Shown piece by piece: positions 35,394 to 48,296 of a stretch of 64,000 nt of DNA. Numbering within the stretch: the stretch's first letter is position 1; each line of letters begins with the position of its first letter. A program made the position numbers and the translations under genes. The stretch is from NCBI RefSeq assembly GCF_032191835.1, contig NC_083223.1, positions 82,956,001-83,020,000 on the forward strand, given 5' to 3'. The stretch comes from Heteronotia binoei (taxonomy: Eukaryota). The notes beneath the pieces were generated by a model. It did not search any database, was not told the DNA's origin, and worked only from the letters and a program-made list of their open reading frames with translations.

Positions 35394-35533
35394 NNNNNNN
35401 NNNNNNNNNNNNNNNNNNNNNNNNNNNNNNNNNNNNNNNNNNNNNNNNNNNNNNNNNNNNNNNNNNNNNNNNNNNNNNNNNNNNNNNNNNNNNNNNNNNN
35501 NNNNNNNNNNNNNNNNNNNNNNNNNNNNNNNNN
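35394..35533. other. Assembly gap
   Basis: Run of N. Confidence 1.
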
Positions 35534-35741
35534 GTGGCTCACAATCTCCTTTACCTTCCTCCGCCACAACAGACACCCTGTGAGGTAGGTGGGGCTGAGA
35601 GAGCTCTCCCAGAAGCTGTCCTTTCAAGGACAACTCCTGCGATAGCTATGGCTAACCCAAGGCCATTCCAGCAGCTGCAAGTGGAGGAGAGGGGACTCAA
35701 ACCTGGTTCTCCCAGATAAGAGTCCACACACTTAACCAAAC
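35534..35741 (-). mobile_element. Same SINE family, partial, abutting an N gap
   Basis: Near-identical to the body of 19057-19328. Confidence 0.8.
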
Positions 35742-35867
35742 AAATAAAAATAAAGTGCACAACTGTATCATCCCAAAACCATCATGCATTCCCCCCGCCC
35801 CCTGCCCATGGAAACAATTGTCTTCCACAAAACCGGTCTCTGGTGCTAAAAAGGTTGGGGATCGCTG
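35742..35867. mobile_element. Second copy of the same hAT terminal segment abutting a SINE head
   Basis: Homologous to 19329-19447 and joined to the same SINE family at an equivalent point. Confidence 0.6.
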
Positions 35868-36338
35868 TACTAAACAATCAAAACATACCAAGAAACTACC
35901 TATCATTCTCCATCCTACTTTGACTATGGGCCATGAATGACAGGTATTAGGAAAAAAATACAGATATGAGCTTGGAAGATCCTGGGGTTCACCCAAGCCC
36001 ACCTCATACCCTTTGCAGATGGTTCAATAATAAAAGTCTGCTTTCATAGGAAAGGATGGTTTGTGGTTAATTCTAACCACACAGACTATAGTGGGAAACC
36101 ACGCTAAGCACAAAAGGAAAAGGAAATGTACAATTTACACACTGTGCAGAATATCCATAAATTCCATCCATAAATTTCTCAGGGTCAGCAGCAATTCTGT
36201 AGTGAAAAGGTAGTGAAAACGAGTTTCTAAGTGTGTGCAAATCTAAGCAGCTGAACTAAGAACCAAGCACCATACAATTATTAACCAAGACAGTAATTCA
36301 TAATTAAAGTACAAATTAATTTCATTTCTGGACATTAC

Positions 36339-36585
36339 CAGCTTCAAATGTTCTTTTCTTCTTTTGCCAGAAAAGGAACTAGATGACCCAGCTTCTGATT
36401 CCTGGGTTCCTGGTGTGCAGTCATCGTCATCATCTTCCTCTTCATCGAAGCACCACTCGGGCAATGGAGGTGGTGCTGGTGCATCTTCTACATCACCATA
36501 ACGCCGGAATAGCTCCTTCAGATAGTCAGCTTTATAGATACCAGGTGGCCTGGCTTGGGTAAAAGTTGCCACTGCAGCTTCAATA
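36339..36585 (-). CDS. RNGTT: RNGTT coding exon (human exon 6 equivalent), end of triphosphatase domain and acidic linker
   Basis: tgcAG|T ATT GAA GCT...AAG CTG|GTaatg encodes [82 protein letters not shown]. 247 bp; phase continues from the previous exon (AG|T = Ser). Confidence 0.97.
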
Positions 36586-37318
36586 CTGCAACAAATTAAA
36601 AATCAAGACTTCAGAATGCTAGCTACTTTGCTTTTACCATCTTCCAGCAGCCATCATGATTCCCACTGAGAAATCTCATCACCTTGTAAGAAAATAAAAG
36701 TCTGCCAAACACAAAACTGCGGAACTGGGTAATCAAGAGCCCCAAAGAACCAAGAATATGAAGTATGAAGCAAGAAAGAGGCAGCCAAACTTCACATAAA
36801 GGCATAGAATACTCCGAATTACGCCTACATGAACAAGCATCTAATTCCATAACTGTGGTAAGCTGCTTCTGAAACCATATGGCTGTACTGTTATAGTGCT
36901 ATAGACTTAGACTAGGAAGGTCTGCATTTGAACTGCCACCTTGGGCCAGCAACTATCACACTCAAGCCTAAAGTACCACAAGACCAAAAAATGTGAAATG
37001 GCTCCATGAGCTCTTCTTGCATGAAAGGTGAAATATATATGTAAAGAATTGAAGCAATTAATACTTGGCATGAAGGAGGTCCGGATTCAGCCACTTGCAA
37101 CTCTAGTTAAAAGGTCTTAAAACAGTAGATGTCAAGAAAAACTGCTCTGCTTCAGATCCCATGGAAACAACGCCAGTAAGAATAGCAAGTCAGCTACATG
37201 GAACAATGACTGACTTCTCATACAGAAGTTTTACATCATGTGACTACAGGACAAGAGTTTGCTCTAGCCTACACGAATGCTGCTAGGAACATTGAGCAAC
37301 ACCACTGATAGGCAGATA

Positions 37319-37867
37319 CAGACCCGTAGCCAGAAAATTCCAGATGGGGGGGTCCACGGGAAAAATTTTTGGATGGAGGGCCCCCCTGGCAGCCCCCACT
37401 CTGGCCCTGATCTCCATGCTGCTCTGGTGGCCCTGCCCCTCTCCACGCGGCACCTCCCCCTCCCAACTCACCAATACGACGAAAAAGGAAAGAGCGGGCT
37501 TCAGGGGCTCTTTCAAGACGCCCCCCTGGTCACATGAAAGGCAGGAAAAGCCGCTCTGAGGCCGGTGGTTCCTATGCCGGCTTTCCAGTGCACGAACTGC
37601 CAACCTCGGAGCAGCTTTACCCGCCGGTCATGTGACTGATGGAGGCGGGAGGGATATTTTGAAAGAGCCCCTGAAGCCCACTCTTCCCTGTTTCGCCGCG
37701 TTGGTGAGTTGGGAGGGAGGGGGAGGTGCCTGCGAAGTGGGGTGGGGGCCACCAAAGTGGTGCGGAGAGAGCAGGGGCCGAGGAAAAGAGGGGCCATAAA
37801 GGACCAAGGGAGTTTTGGTTGGGGGGCTGTGCCCCCCAGCCCCCCTCCCCCCCCGGCTACGGGCCTG
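37319..37867. mobile_element. GC-rich hAT-type MITE
   Basis: TIRs CAGACCCGTAGCC / GGCTACGGGCCTG; perfect 8-bp TSD GGCAGATA. Confidence 0.85.
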
Positions 37868-38012
37868 GGCAGATATATCATAATTATCATTTAAATGGAT
37901 TCATAATAACTGTACAGCATATTGGTGTAGTACAGGGCAACTCCAGTAACTCCTTCATCATTCTGCCAATTGTTCAATGGGCACCTAGAGAGTTTAAGAA
38001 ATATTCACAGAA

Positions 38013-41000
38013 AGACAGGTTGCTTACCTGTAACTGATGATCTTCAAGTGGTCATCAGTGCATTCACACCCTTGGGATTTCAGGCGCCTGCGCTGGCTCC
38101 AACCAGTACTGAAAAGCTCTAGAATAGATCTTTATGTCCCGACCACTGGGCATGCCCACGGCAACAACCGCACATGCCCAGTAGGCAGGGCAGCAAGATC
38201 CCGCCAGTTTCCTTCTGACTGCTGAAGCAACTTCAATAAACCTCTGAAGAACTGAAGAACGGGTGGTGTGAATGCACAGATGACCACTCGAAGATCATCA
38301 GTTAGAGGTAAGCAACTTGTCTATCTTCTTCATGGTCTCTGTGCATCACATGCTTGGGAGAATAGCAAGCTAAAGCTTACCTGGAGGAGGGAGCTGGCAC
38401 TAGACGACTGCAGCCTGAAGCACCGCACTCCCCACACACGCATCATCATACATGCATCCAAGGCATAATGTATCTGGGGTCGCCCAAGAAGCCTCTCTGC
38501 AATGTCAGTAAGGGGCACCCCCTTGAGGAAAGCAGTGGACGTAGCTATAGCACGTGTAGAATGAGCCCTAGGAGGTCCCGGCAAAGGGCATTGTAGATAC
38601 GCTAACTTAATAGTCTCCACAATCCATTTCGACAGTCTCTGGGAGGAGATTCGCTTTTCCTTAGATGGACCGGAATAGCACACAAACAGGCTGGGCATTA
38701 AACGAAACTCCTTAGTTCTATGGAGGTAGATTAACAAGGCTCACTTGACATCAAGCATATGCAAGGCTTTTTGTTCCGGACCCTGTGGGGAAGGAAAAAA
38801 GGCCGGTAACAAAGTCTCGGAATGTAGATGGAACTCTGACACCACCTTGGGCAAAAAACGAATGTCTGGAGCAATGACAACCCCTTGATCATGAAACCGC
38901 AGGTATGGAGGGTCTGATCTGAAGGCTAAGAGCTCCCCAACCCTCTTAGCGGATGTGATCGCCACCAAGAATGCCACCTTCCAGGAAAGGAGAAGGGAAC
39001 ATGATGCCATCGGTTCGAAGGGGCGATGCATAAGACCTCTGAGAACCAAAGAGAGATCCCAAGCAGGGACGACATGATGGCCTGGTGGATGTAAATGAAA
39101 AATACCCTTCAGGAAACAGTTTCTGGGTAAGAAAACACATTATAGCCTTCAATTTGAGCGTGATGCGCAGAAATCAATGCCAGTAAACCTTGATGGAGGA
39201 GTATGATAGACCAGAGTCCAGCAAATGTAATAGAAACGAAAAAACTGTGTGAAGACTAGGCTGATCCAGAGAAAGCCGAGAGGAAACAACGAATGATATG
39301 AAACGTTTCCATTTTAGGCTGTAGGACTTCCTGGTGGAAGGCTTTCTGCTATTTAACAAAACAAAGTTAATTCTATCAGAAACAGAAGCTAGGTGATGAG
39401 CCAAGCTGTCAGTTTCAAGTGAGGGATGTCGTGATGGTACGTCCGTCCCCTATTGATGAAGAGGAGATCCGGCTTCTTTGGGAGATGATAAACCCGTCTT
39501 CGGGATAAATGAAGGAGAACCGGAAACCACAACTGCCAGGGCCACCATGGAGCTATCAAAATGCAACTGGGCTGTTCCCTCTTCATCTTGACCAGCACCA
39601 TGGATAACAGAGAGATGGGCGGGAATGTGTACAGGAAATCATGAGACCAATCAAGAAGGAGGCCATCGCCCTCCAATAGAGGGTCCAGATCCCCCCCCCG
39701 AGCACAAAAATGATGACATTTGCGGTTGTGACGTGTGGCAAAAATGTCCATCTCTGGGTGGCCCCATCGTTGGAATACAGTTTGGAGATAAACTGGGTTC
39801 AACTCCCACTCATGTAACTGAGCTCCCCCCCCCCCCCAGCTTAAATAATCTGCCTGGACATTCAAGGTTCCTGGAATGTGAACCGCAAGCAGGGATATCC
39901 CCTGATCCAGACACCAGAGCCAAATGTCTATGGCAAGGCGGCACAGCCTCCGTGATACTGTGCCTCCCTGACGATTGAGATATGCCATAGCAGTTGTATT
40001 GTCCATCATTATCAAGATGGGTTTTCCTTTCACTAGAGGGAGGAAGGACTGAAGAGCGAACCAAATTGCCGTCAGCTCTATGTAATTGATATGATCGGCC
40101 CATTGTAGCGAGTCCCAAGTGGCTCCCACAGTTAGGCCACAGTTAGGCATCGGTCGTCAACATCTCCGTGGGAGGAGGGAGGCGAAAAGGAGCACTTTCT
40201 AGAAGATTGGGAAGATTCTCCCACCAGATGAGGGAGTTTCTGATTGATTGTGGCAGCGTGAGCACGCATGTGGGCGGGTGACGAGACGGTTTGAACACTC
40301 TGAGAAACACTGGAGCAGCCTCATACACAGCTTTGCCAGAGATATAACCACAGTCGTAGCTGCCATCAGCCCCAATAGCCTCTGAATGGAATGGGCGGAG
40401 ACTCTTCCCAAGGCCCCGATGCTGCATGCCATAGTTGATAAAGTCCGTGCCCTCGCACTCGGGAGGAATGCTCTGCAGACAGTGGAGTCGATAAAAGCCC
40501 CGATGAAAGGGACTCTTTTGCAGGGAACCAGATTGGATTTCGGGAGGTTTATGCAGAGGCCCAGAGACGCTAATGTCTGTAGCATTATTTGGATTTGATG
40601 CAACAGCAGGGAGCTGGAATTGGCCACCAACAGCCAATTGTCTATATAGGGGAAAACAGTAACCCCTAACAGGAGAAGATGAGCCGCAACTACTACCATG
40701 ACTTTGGTAAAAACTCTGGGGGGCGTGGACAGGTCAAACGGAAGGGTGGTACATTGGTAGTGGTCTGCACCCACTGCAAAATGGAGGTATTGACGGTGCC
40801 CCTGACATATGGACAGATGGAAATATGTGTCCTTGAGGTCGATGGTAGCCATCCAAGAGTTCTCCTCCAACAGCGGAAGGATTTGGAACAAGGTAGTCCT
40901 CCTGAATTTTTTGTAGGCGATACAAGTGTTCAAGTCCCGGAGGTCCATAATAGGCCAAAAGCCCCCATCCTTCTTTGGAACAATGAAATAACGGGAGTAG

Positions 41001-43337
41001 AACCCATGTTCTTGAAAAGCTTGCAGGACAGGTTCAATAGCCCCCTTCTCCAGAAGAGATTGGACTTCAGTCTTTAGGGCCTCCGAGGGCAGTGTGACGA
41101 TGACCTGTGGGATGGGTGGTGACTCTTGGAACTCGATCGCGTACCCTCGAGCAATAATTGTAAGAACCCAGGAGTCCATTGTGATATTCTCCCAGGCGTG
41201 GAAAAAAGGGGATAACCGAGTGCCTCCAGGGGCGACAGTGAGTGCAGGAAAGTCCGGTAGGGCAACAACAGGGGAGTCAAAGACTCTGCTTGGGGTTGGT
41301 AGGTTGTTTTGCACAGGATTGTCGAAACTGACCTTGAAATATTTGTTTCGCTGGGAACGACTTTCCCTGTTGAGAATGGGATCTATTCTGCCAGGGTTGA
41401 TCAGGGGAGGAATGGCTCTGAGATCTGCGGTACCATGGACGGGAGTATGGCTTCTGCCTAAAGGAACATGTGGAGGAAGAAGCACTCAAGGTACGGGAAG
41501 CCTTTATGCTCTTATCAAGGTCCTGTAAGGTGGTATCAGTTGAGGAATGGAATAGGCCTGAACCGTCAAACAGAAGGTCCTCAATGGCAGACCTCGTGTC
41601 ATGATTGAAAGTGGTAGACCTAAGCCATGTATGTCTACAGAGGGCAACAGCAGACGACAACGTTTTGCCAAAGGTGTCAGCTGCATGCTTCGAGGAGCTG
41701 AGCTGCTGCTTTGCTACCAACATGCCTTCCTTCTGTATCTTCTGCAGGGAATGGTGATGTTCTTCCGGAAGATGCTGGAGAATAGTAGATACCTGATCCC
41801 ATAAAGCAACTGATAACGACCCAAGCAAGCGAGATAATTGGTAGATTTGATTCCTAAGGACGCAGTGGCGTAGAATTTCCTACCAAATGCATATATCTTC
41901 TTTCCCTCCTTGTCAGGAGGAGAGGATGCACAATGCTTGCCCTTGGACGACAATGTGACCATCAGGGAGTTGGGCTTAGGATGATTAAATAAGAATTCTG
42001 CTCGCTTTTCTTGAATTTTATACATGTGGTCTAGACGCTTAGTGGAAGCTGCGAGGGAAGCTGGTTTCTCCCAGGGTCCTTTGACAGTTTGCAACAAGAC
42101 ACTGGTAAGGGGAAGGGCAACGGCGGTAGACACGTCACACTGCACAATGTCGAAAACCAGGTCATCAACGTCTGACTGGGGTTGTTGAACCGACAGACCT
42201 AAGGAGGTTGCCATGCGTTTAACTAGTCTCCGTAAGATTTCAGGTCTTCTGATGGAGAGATCAGAGCGTCATCAGTCACTGGCATCGATGGCATGGGCTT
42301 GGAATGATGTTGATCAGAGTCAGCGCCGATCGAGCCAACTGACTCCTCGGCGTCAAAGGATTCTGGTTCAGATGGGTTGGGTTGAGGAAGAGTCGGTGTG
42401 ACCGGGCGTTTCGATATCGATGCTGATATTGGTTTAGACGGTTTAGGGTCCTCCCGGCATCGCTCCGCAGAATAGTAAGCCGAACACCGATCCCAGTCCG
42501 GCATGTCCCGAGGGTAGTGCCAAGGGTAAGCGGGTGATAAGGCTGAAAGGGATAGCCCTGTCTGTGCTCCCAGGGTGAAGGGACACCATGATACCATTGG
42601 TACCTGTTGTCATCACACCTGGAATGATCTCTTCGATCTAGAGGGCTCGGTTTCTCTCGACGAATGGGCGAGAGAAACCGATGGCGTCTTGGCTGTCGTC
42701 GGGGTGAAAATCGATGCCGATTGGTCCAAAGACCCCGGTGCCGAAACTATTCCATAAGAGCTAGAGCCGATTGAAGCAATGCCACCCAGAGCCTCACAGC
42801 TCGGTTTTTCCTGGTTTACTTACTAAATTTTAAGCAGTGACCACAGGAATCAGTGTGGTGCCCTTCTCCCAAACAAAGCAGGCAAAGGGAGTGACCGTCG
42901 GTCGGGGCGAGTTTGCTGCCGCACTTGAGACACCTCCATATAGACGTAAGTCCTACTGACCGGAGGCTGAATGCCCGCCGGCGGGAAAGAAGAGGAGGGG
43001 AGGGGGGCCGAAGCCCGGACTCACGAAGACAGGAGGAAGACTTTTTTTTTTTAAACACGACGAAGAGAAGAGGAATTGGAACACAACGAGGGGCAACGAA
43101 GGAGCTAATAACTCTAACAGCAACCAGAGAGCTAAAGGTAGGTCCAAACAGCACGGCGGTCAGAAAAAAAATGGCGGGATATTGCTGCCCCGCCTACTGT
43201 GCATGCGTGGTTGTTGCCATGGGCATGCCCAGTGGTCGGGACATAAAGATCTATTCTAGAGCTTTTCAGTACCGGTTGGAGCCAGCACAGGAGCTTGGAA
43301 TCCCAAGGGTGTGATGCACAGAGACCACGAAGAAGAT
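38013..43337 (-). mobile_element. Decayed full-span DIRS1-type retrotransposon of a second subfamily (DIRS-B)
   Basis: Same terminal and ICR architecture (ICR ~38266-38358). Frameshifted fragments of ORF1 (42816-43154, 41714-42214, 41277-41828), RT (40199-41485), RNaseH/MT (39389-40150) and YR (39174-39404, 38741-39049, 38330-38737). ITRs differ at about 12 of ~143 positions. Confidence 0.92.
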
Positions 43338-44416
43338 CTACATATTAATCTTTTCAAAGTGTTTGTCACTGATCTGAGAGTATAAAAGTGGAAAGTGAAG
43401 GAAGGGCATGAGCTTCTTCTCCCCATGGTTTTATAACTCAGCCTAAGTTTTCTTAGATAATAACAAATGTTCTCTGCAGCACAGAAGAACAGCCACGTAC
43501 AAAAGTCTAGTCACATTCAAGTCCAGTAGCACCTTAGAAGCCAAAAAGATTTCCCCCGAAGGTGGGAACTTGCTACTGGACTTGAATCTAGAATCCCTTC
43601 TACTGCAGACAAGCACGGTTACCCTCCTAAAAAAGTCTAGACCTAAACAAAGAAGAAACTTACAAGTGAATGAAGTACAAATGCTCTGCAGAGAAGCAAG
43701 CTAGCCAGCTACAGGAGAATATTACCGGTGATTAGCTGGAGGGCTGCCCGGGTGGATGACCTTGCTTTAAACAGGCAGTAAAACTCACTTCAGCATTCAT
43801 TGTGCACCTACAGCCTCCCTATTCATCTGTGTAAGGAATAAGCAGTCACTAGACTGTACTATAAGGGAAGCACCAGAAAATAACTTTCACTAAAAACAAT
43901 GTAACAAAGGGTGGCATTTCTAAAGACAATGTACCTACTTTGGATAATCCTCACCTAAAAGAAATTATTTTAATAAACAAGTTTAATGACTCCAATTAGC
44001 TACTTGCCAAGTGCATGACTTGGCAAGCTTCTGTAAAATGTTTCCTGAAAAACACCAGCGTATACGCCTGATATAATGTATGTGAAGCAATTCAACTACT
44101 GTAAAATGCTATAATTAATGCACAAAAATAAATTAAGATGCATACAGAAGAATGCTGAAATCGCTCAACCACCAGCCTCAGAAACAGCAGGCAGTGATGA
44201 GGGGAGTGAGTAATCTCTCACGCACACACACACAGACCTCAATCCACTGAAGGAAGGTTAAAGGGCAAAAGTTTGAGTGGTAGAAGAATTCTACCCTAAT
44301 GATAGGTAGGAGGGGGCAATAGGTTCAGGCCCTCTCCCACACACCTACTGATTCCAACCATCTCTCAGGTACTTGCAGACTAGGAGAGTAGATCATTACA
44401 GAAGCAACACTAGTTC

Positions 44417-44874
44417 CAAGGGTGTAGCCAGAAAATTTTGGGTGGGGGATCACTGGAAAATCCTGTAGGGCAGGGGAGCCCAGGGGAGGGGAGAGATAAG
44501 AGAGTTGGAAGCTGACAAAAGAATGGCTCTCCTATCCACCGCCCTCATGACTCTATAAGCTTCCTCATCTACATGAGTTGGGGAGGAGGGGAATCTCTGA
44601 CTCTTTTACATTTTGCAATTTTATTTTATTTTGCATTTTTAAAAACCTATTTATTTCCTACTTGTGGGGGAAAGATGAGACTAAAGATTTCCTGACTGTG
44701 CCCAGGGAACATTTTTGAAACCCCATGTGCATCTTATATTTAAAAAAAAAAAATTGATGTTTTGATTTTTAAAATATTTTTCATAGTTTTTATTTTTGAA
44801 TTTTTCTTATGGGGATGGCACTCATCCATGGAGGACATTGCGCCCAAATGTCCCTTGCCGTGGCTATGGGCCTG
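44417..44874. mobile_element. hAT-type MITE with termini related to 37319-37867
   Basis: CAAGGGTGTAGCCAGAAAATT...GGCTATGGGCCTG; perfect 8-bp TSD ACTAGTTC. Confidence 0.82.
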
Positions 44875-45309
44875 ACTAGTTCCATGGATAGTTGCAAAAT
44901 TGCAGTTTAACACTTCAAAACCTGATAGACATGGTTTTTAGACTTAAACTGTACAGCAATATACAGCTTTTACTTAATTAGAACATAGTATGAAACTTCT
45001 GCAGTAATGTCAATTGTATAAGACACCTGAATCACATAAAATGGGTTGATGAGGTTCACACTTTCCACTAAAACTACATAACATACAAAAAAAAAGGAAT
45101 TAAAAACAACTATTTCAATATACCTGTTCATATAGTACAAGGACACATGGAGAATGTCCCTCAGAGTTCTTGCTGAGTTTTTAACAGCTCCATAAACATA
45201 TTTCATGACATTTCTAAGTACTGAACTAGCAATAACTGTAGCTCCATAAAGATCTAACAACTGTTTACTAAAAGCATTACCAGGATGAAAGGTGCCTCTT
45301 AGCAATTAG

Positions 45310-45925
45310 CAAGGCCAGCTCACCCACTAGGCAAACTAGGTGGTTGCCTAGGGCACCAGGAGGAGGGGCACCAAATTTGCCTTCCCCCCCTCCTGGTGCC
45401 CACAACTGCCTAGTTTGCCTGCCTATCTCCCTGCCCCCCTCCGCAGCCCACCTTCCCTCCCTGGCACTGCAATGCAGCCGCACTCTGTCAGCCCCCCCTT
45501 AGAACGCGCTGCGCCGAGACTGGGCCCTACCAGATTCGATGCAGCCAGCGCACCATCTGATGCTTTGAAGGCCATGTGGGAGAAAGCTTTGTTCCCCCTC
45601 ACTTCCGGTTCCAGGAAGAAGGGGGGAGAAGCCTTCTGCCACGTGGGCTTCAAACCATTAGATAGCGCACCAGCCACATAGAAGCTGGTAGGGCCCAGTC
45701 TCGGAACAGCACATTCGGGGAGGGAGGGATGGAGTGTTGCTGCATTGCAGTGCCAGGAAGGGAGGGAGGGAAGGCGGGCCACGGCGGGGGGCTGCGGTGG
45801 GGGGAGCCGAGCCTCATCATGTGAGGGTCAATGGAGTGCAGCAGTGCTGCAAGGGCTGGAGGGTGGCGGGGGAGCGGCAGGCAGCAAGCCTGCCTAGGAC
45901 GCTAGGCACCCTTGGGTCAGCACTG
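45310..45925. mobile_element. GC-rich hAT-type MITE with internal inverted repeat
   Basis: Perfect 8-bp TSD GCAATTAG. Imperfect TIRs. Internal inverted segments around 45520-45560 and 45655-45695. Confidence 0.78.
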
Positions 45926-46255
45926 GCAATTAGAACCATGCATATACAAGATATGAATCAAGAAAACCTCAATGTATACCAAAAAGTAAAGTTACAGAGT
46001 TGTACGCATGCACTGAAGAAAGCCAACAGCTGGCCCGTTCTCTCCTCAGCGTAATTTGTTAAAAGCTCAAATAAATTGAGATAAGTCCATCCTCAAGGCT
46101 AATAGTAAGAGGAAATTGCTGTAGGAGTTTTTGGTGACTGAAAGAAGTCTTATCTGAGCGTTCCAAGGGTAAGAAAACAACTATTTTTTACTCTTCTAAG
46201 GAGGCAACACCCTGAGCGAATATAAGCTCTCGTTAGGCCTAGTAAAGTGTGAGGA

Positions 46256-47073
46256 ATGGCGAAGACAATAAGGGAGTTATCTGAGCAACTGTCTGCTTTT
46301 CAAAATATAGTAACAGCCTCACTGGGGCAGCTATCGGAAGAAATCAAAACAGTAAACGAAGCTGTTTCAAGTATTGAAGAACTCAGAGATACAACTCAGA
46401 CGGCCAATTTAGCCAAGGAACTTGCAAGTAAAAATAAACAAAAAATAGATCAGTTATCTAGCCAGCTGGCAATGATTTCAGACAGGAACAGGAGAGCCAA
46501 CCTCATATTTTCAGGAATTACTGAAGAGATAAATAATATGCTTCTAGAGGGAACGCTGAGAGAATGGATTGAAGAAAAAAGGAGTTAAGGGTTCAGCCTC
46601 AAGAAATAGAAAGAGCCCATAGACTACAGAGGAGAAGAGAGGGAGGGGCTCCAAGGGATGTTATTATTAAATTTACAAGAGAGAAGCTACAGCAAGAAGT
46701 TTATAAAACTTTGAAAAAGAAGAAGGATTTGTTCTTCAGAGGCAACAAGGTCTGGGTGAGAGAAGACTTCTGCCAAGAGCCTATTAAGCAGAAAAACCTA
46801 ATGAGACCTTACGGGAAAAAGCTATATGACAACAAAGTAAAATTTTCATGGGGGTACCCATCTACAATAATAATGTTTAAAGATGGGAAGAGGATGATAG
46901 CTAGAAACCCCAAGGAGGCAGAAGAACTTTTGAGAAGATTGGGACTTGCCACAGACGACTTGAGTGTACAAAGAGAAGAGGAAACCATGGAGACACCTGA
47001 CAATCCAGGAGAAGGAGCATCAAGCAGGCTCGATAAAAGGCAAAGGACGGCTTCTCTTGAGGATATCTCATAA
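46256..47073 (+). pseudogene. L1 ORF1 (coiled coil + RRM + CTD), one frameshift near 46580
   Basis: Motifs RRANLIFSGI, (shifted frame) EIERAHRL, APRDVIIKF, VWVREDF and FSWGYPS. Confidence 0.85.
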
Positions 47074-47847
47074 AGGGAAGTATACAAGAGTTTAATGAAC
47101 TAACTATCTGGAATGAAATGTAGGGGGAGAATTAGGGATGCATACGCTCTGGAAGGTGGAAGACGGGATGATGTTTTCGTCCACATTTCTGTCTCAACCA
47201 CAGGGTAGGGGGGGGAAGGGAAGGCATTTCCTAATATATATAAATAAACACCCACAGCCAGGGAGGCCAATGAGTAAAAAAAATAAAGAAAATGGATAGG
47301 TCATTAAGAATACTTTCACTGAATGTAAATGGGTTAACATCAAATCTTAAGAGATATAGGTTAACTAAATTAGCTTGAGAACAAAAGATAGATTTGATGT
47401 GTCTGCAAGAGACACATAAAAAAAAAAGATAGAACACCGTTAATAAAAGATTCGTATTGGCAGGTCTTAGCAGAAGCTAGAGGGACTTCCAAGGCCAGGG
47501 GGGTGGCAACCTTGATCCATAAGAACTTAACAGTAGAGGATACTGAAACATTAATGGATAAGGAAGGTAGATACCTATTAGTCAAGTTTAAAATGGAAGG
47601 TAAACGGGTTACGCTAGTGAATATTTATGCACCAAACAAAAAACAAAATAATTTTTTAATTAAGGTCTTCAAGAAGATTCAACAATTCTCAGAGGGTGAA
47701 TTAATAGTTGCAGGGGACTTTAACATGGACATAACAAAGAATAAAAATATTAAGTTGGGAGAATGGGGATTGAAAGAAGCACATGAGTTTACAAGTTCTA
47801 GACCTAGACCCACACACATATCTAGTAGGCATAAAACGGTGTCATGC

Positions 47848-48051
47848 ATATGAAGAACATATGAAGCTGCCTTTTACTGAATCAGACCCTCGGTCCATCA
47901 AAGTCAGTATTGTCTTCTCAGACTGGCAGTGGCTCTCCAGAGGTTTTTCACACCTATTTGCCTGGACCCTTTTTTGGAGATGCCAGGGATTGAACCTGGG
48001 ACCTTCTGCTTCCCAAGCAGATGCTCTACCACTGAGCCACCGTCCCTCCCC
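47848..48051 (-). mobile_element. tRNA-derived SINE (Squam3-like), copy 1, inside L1 ORF2
   Basis: Minus strand: GGGGAGGGACGGTGGCTCAGTGGTAGAGC (A box)...GGTTCAATCC (B box)...TTCATATG tail. Confidence 0.85.
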
Positions 48052-48087
48052 TTTTTTTATTTTTAAAATCTGAAAGTTTCTTGTCTA

Positions 48088-48296
48088 CATATGAATATAT
48101 GAAGCTGCCTTATACTGAATCAGACACTTGGTCCATCAAAGTCAGTATTGTCTTCTCTGACTGGCAGCAGCTCTCCGGGGTCTCAAGCTGAGGTTTTTCA
48201 CACCTTTTTGCCTGGACCCTTTTTTGGAGATGCTGGGGATTGAACCCGGGACCTTCTGCTTCCCAAGCAGATGCTCTACCACTTAGCCACCATCCC
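48088..48296 (-). mobile_element. tRNA-derived SINE (Squam3-like), copy 2, inside L1 ORF2
   Basis: Near-identical to copy 1, with a few 5' bases missing and ~14 extra internal bases. The L1 frame resumes right after it (...IDYIILEK). Confidence 0.85.

Noticed and set aside
18860-35633. ORFs containing X runs
   Set aside because: They are artefacts of N gaps.
44970-45305. 111-aa minus-strand ORF with protein-like composition
   Set aside because: It has no ATG start and no recognisable homology, does not match RNGTT, and is truncated by a MITE. Treated as chance, although a tBLASTn would be cheap.
47990-48296. tRNA genes
   Set aside because: The A and B boxes continue into SINE bodies, and there is no complete cloverleaf or acceptor stem.
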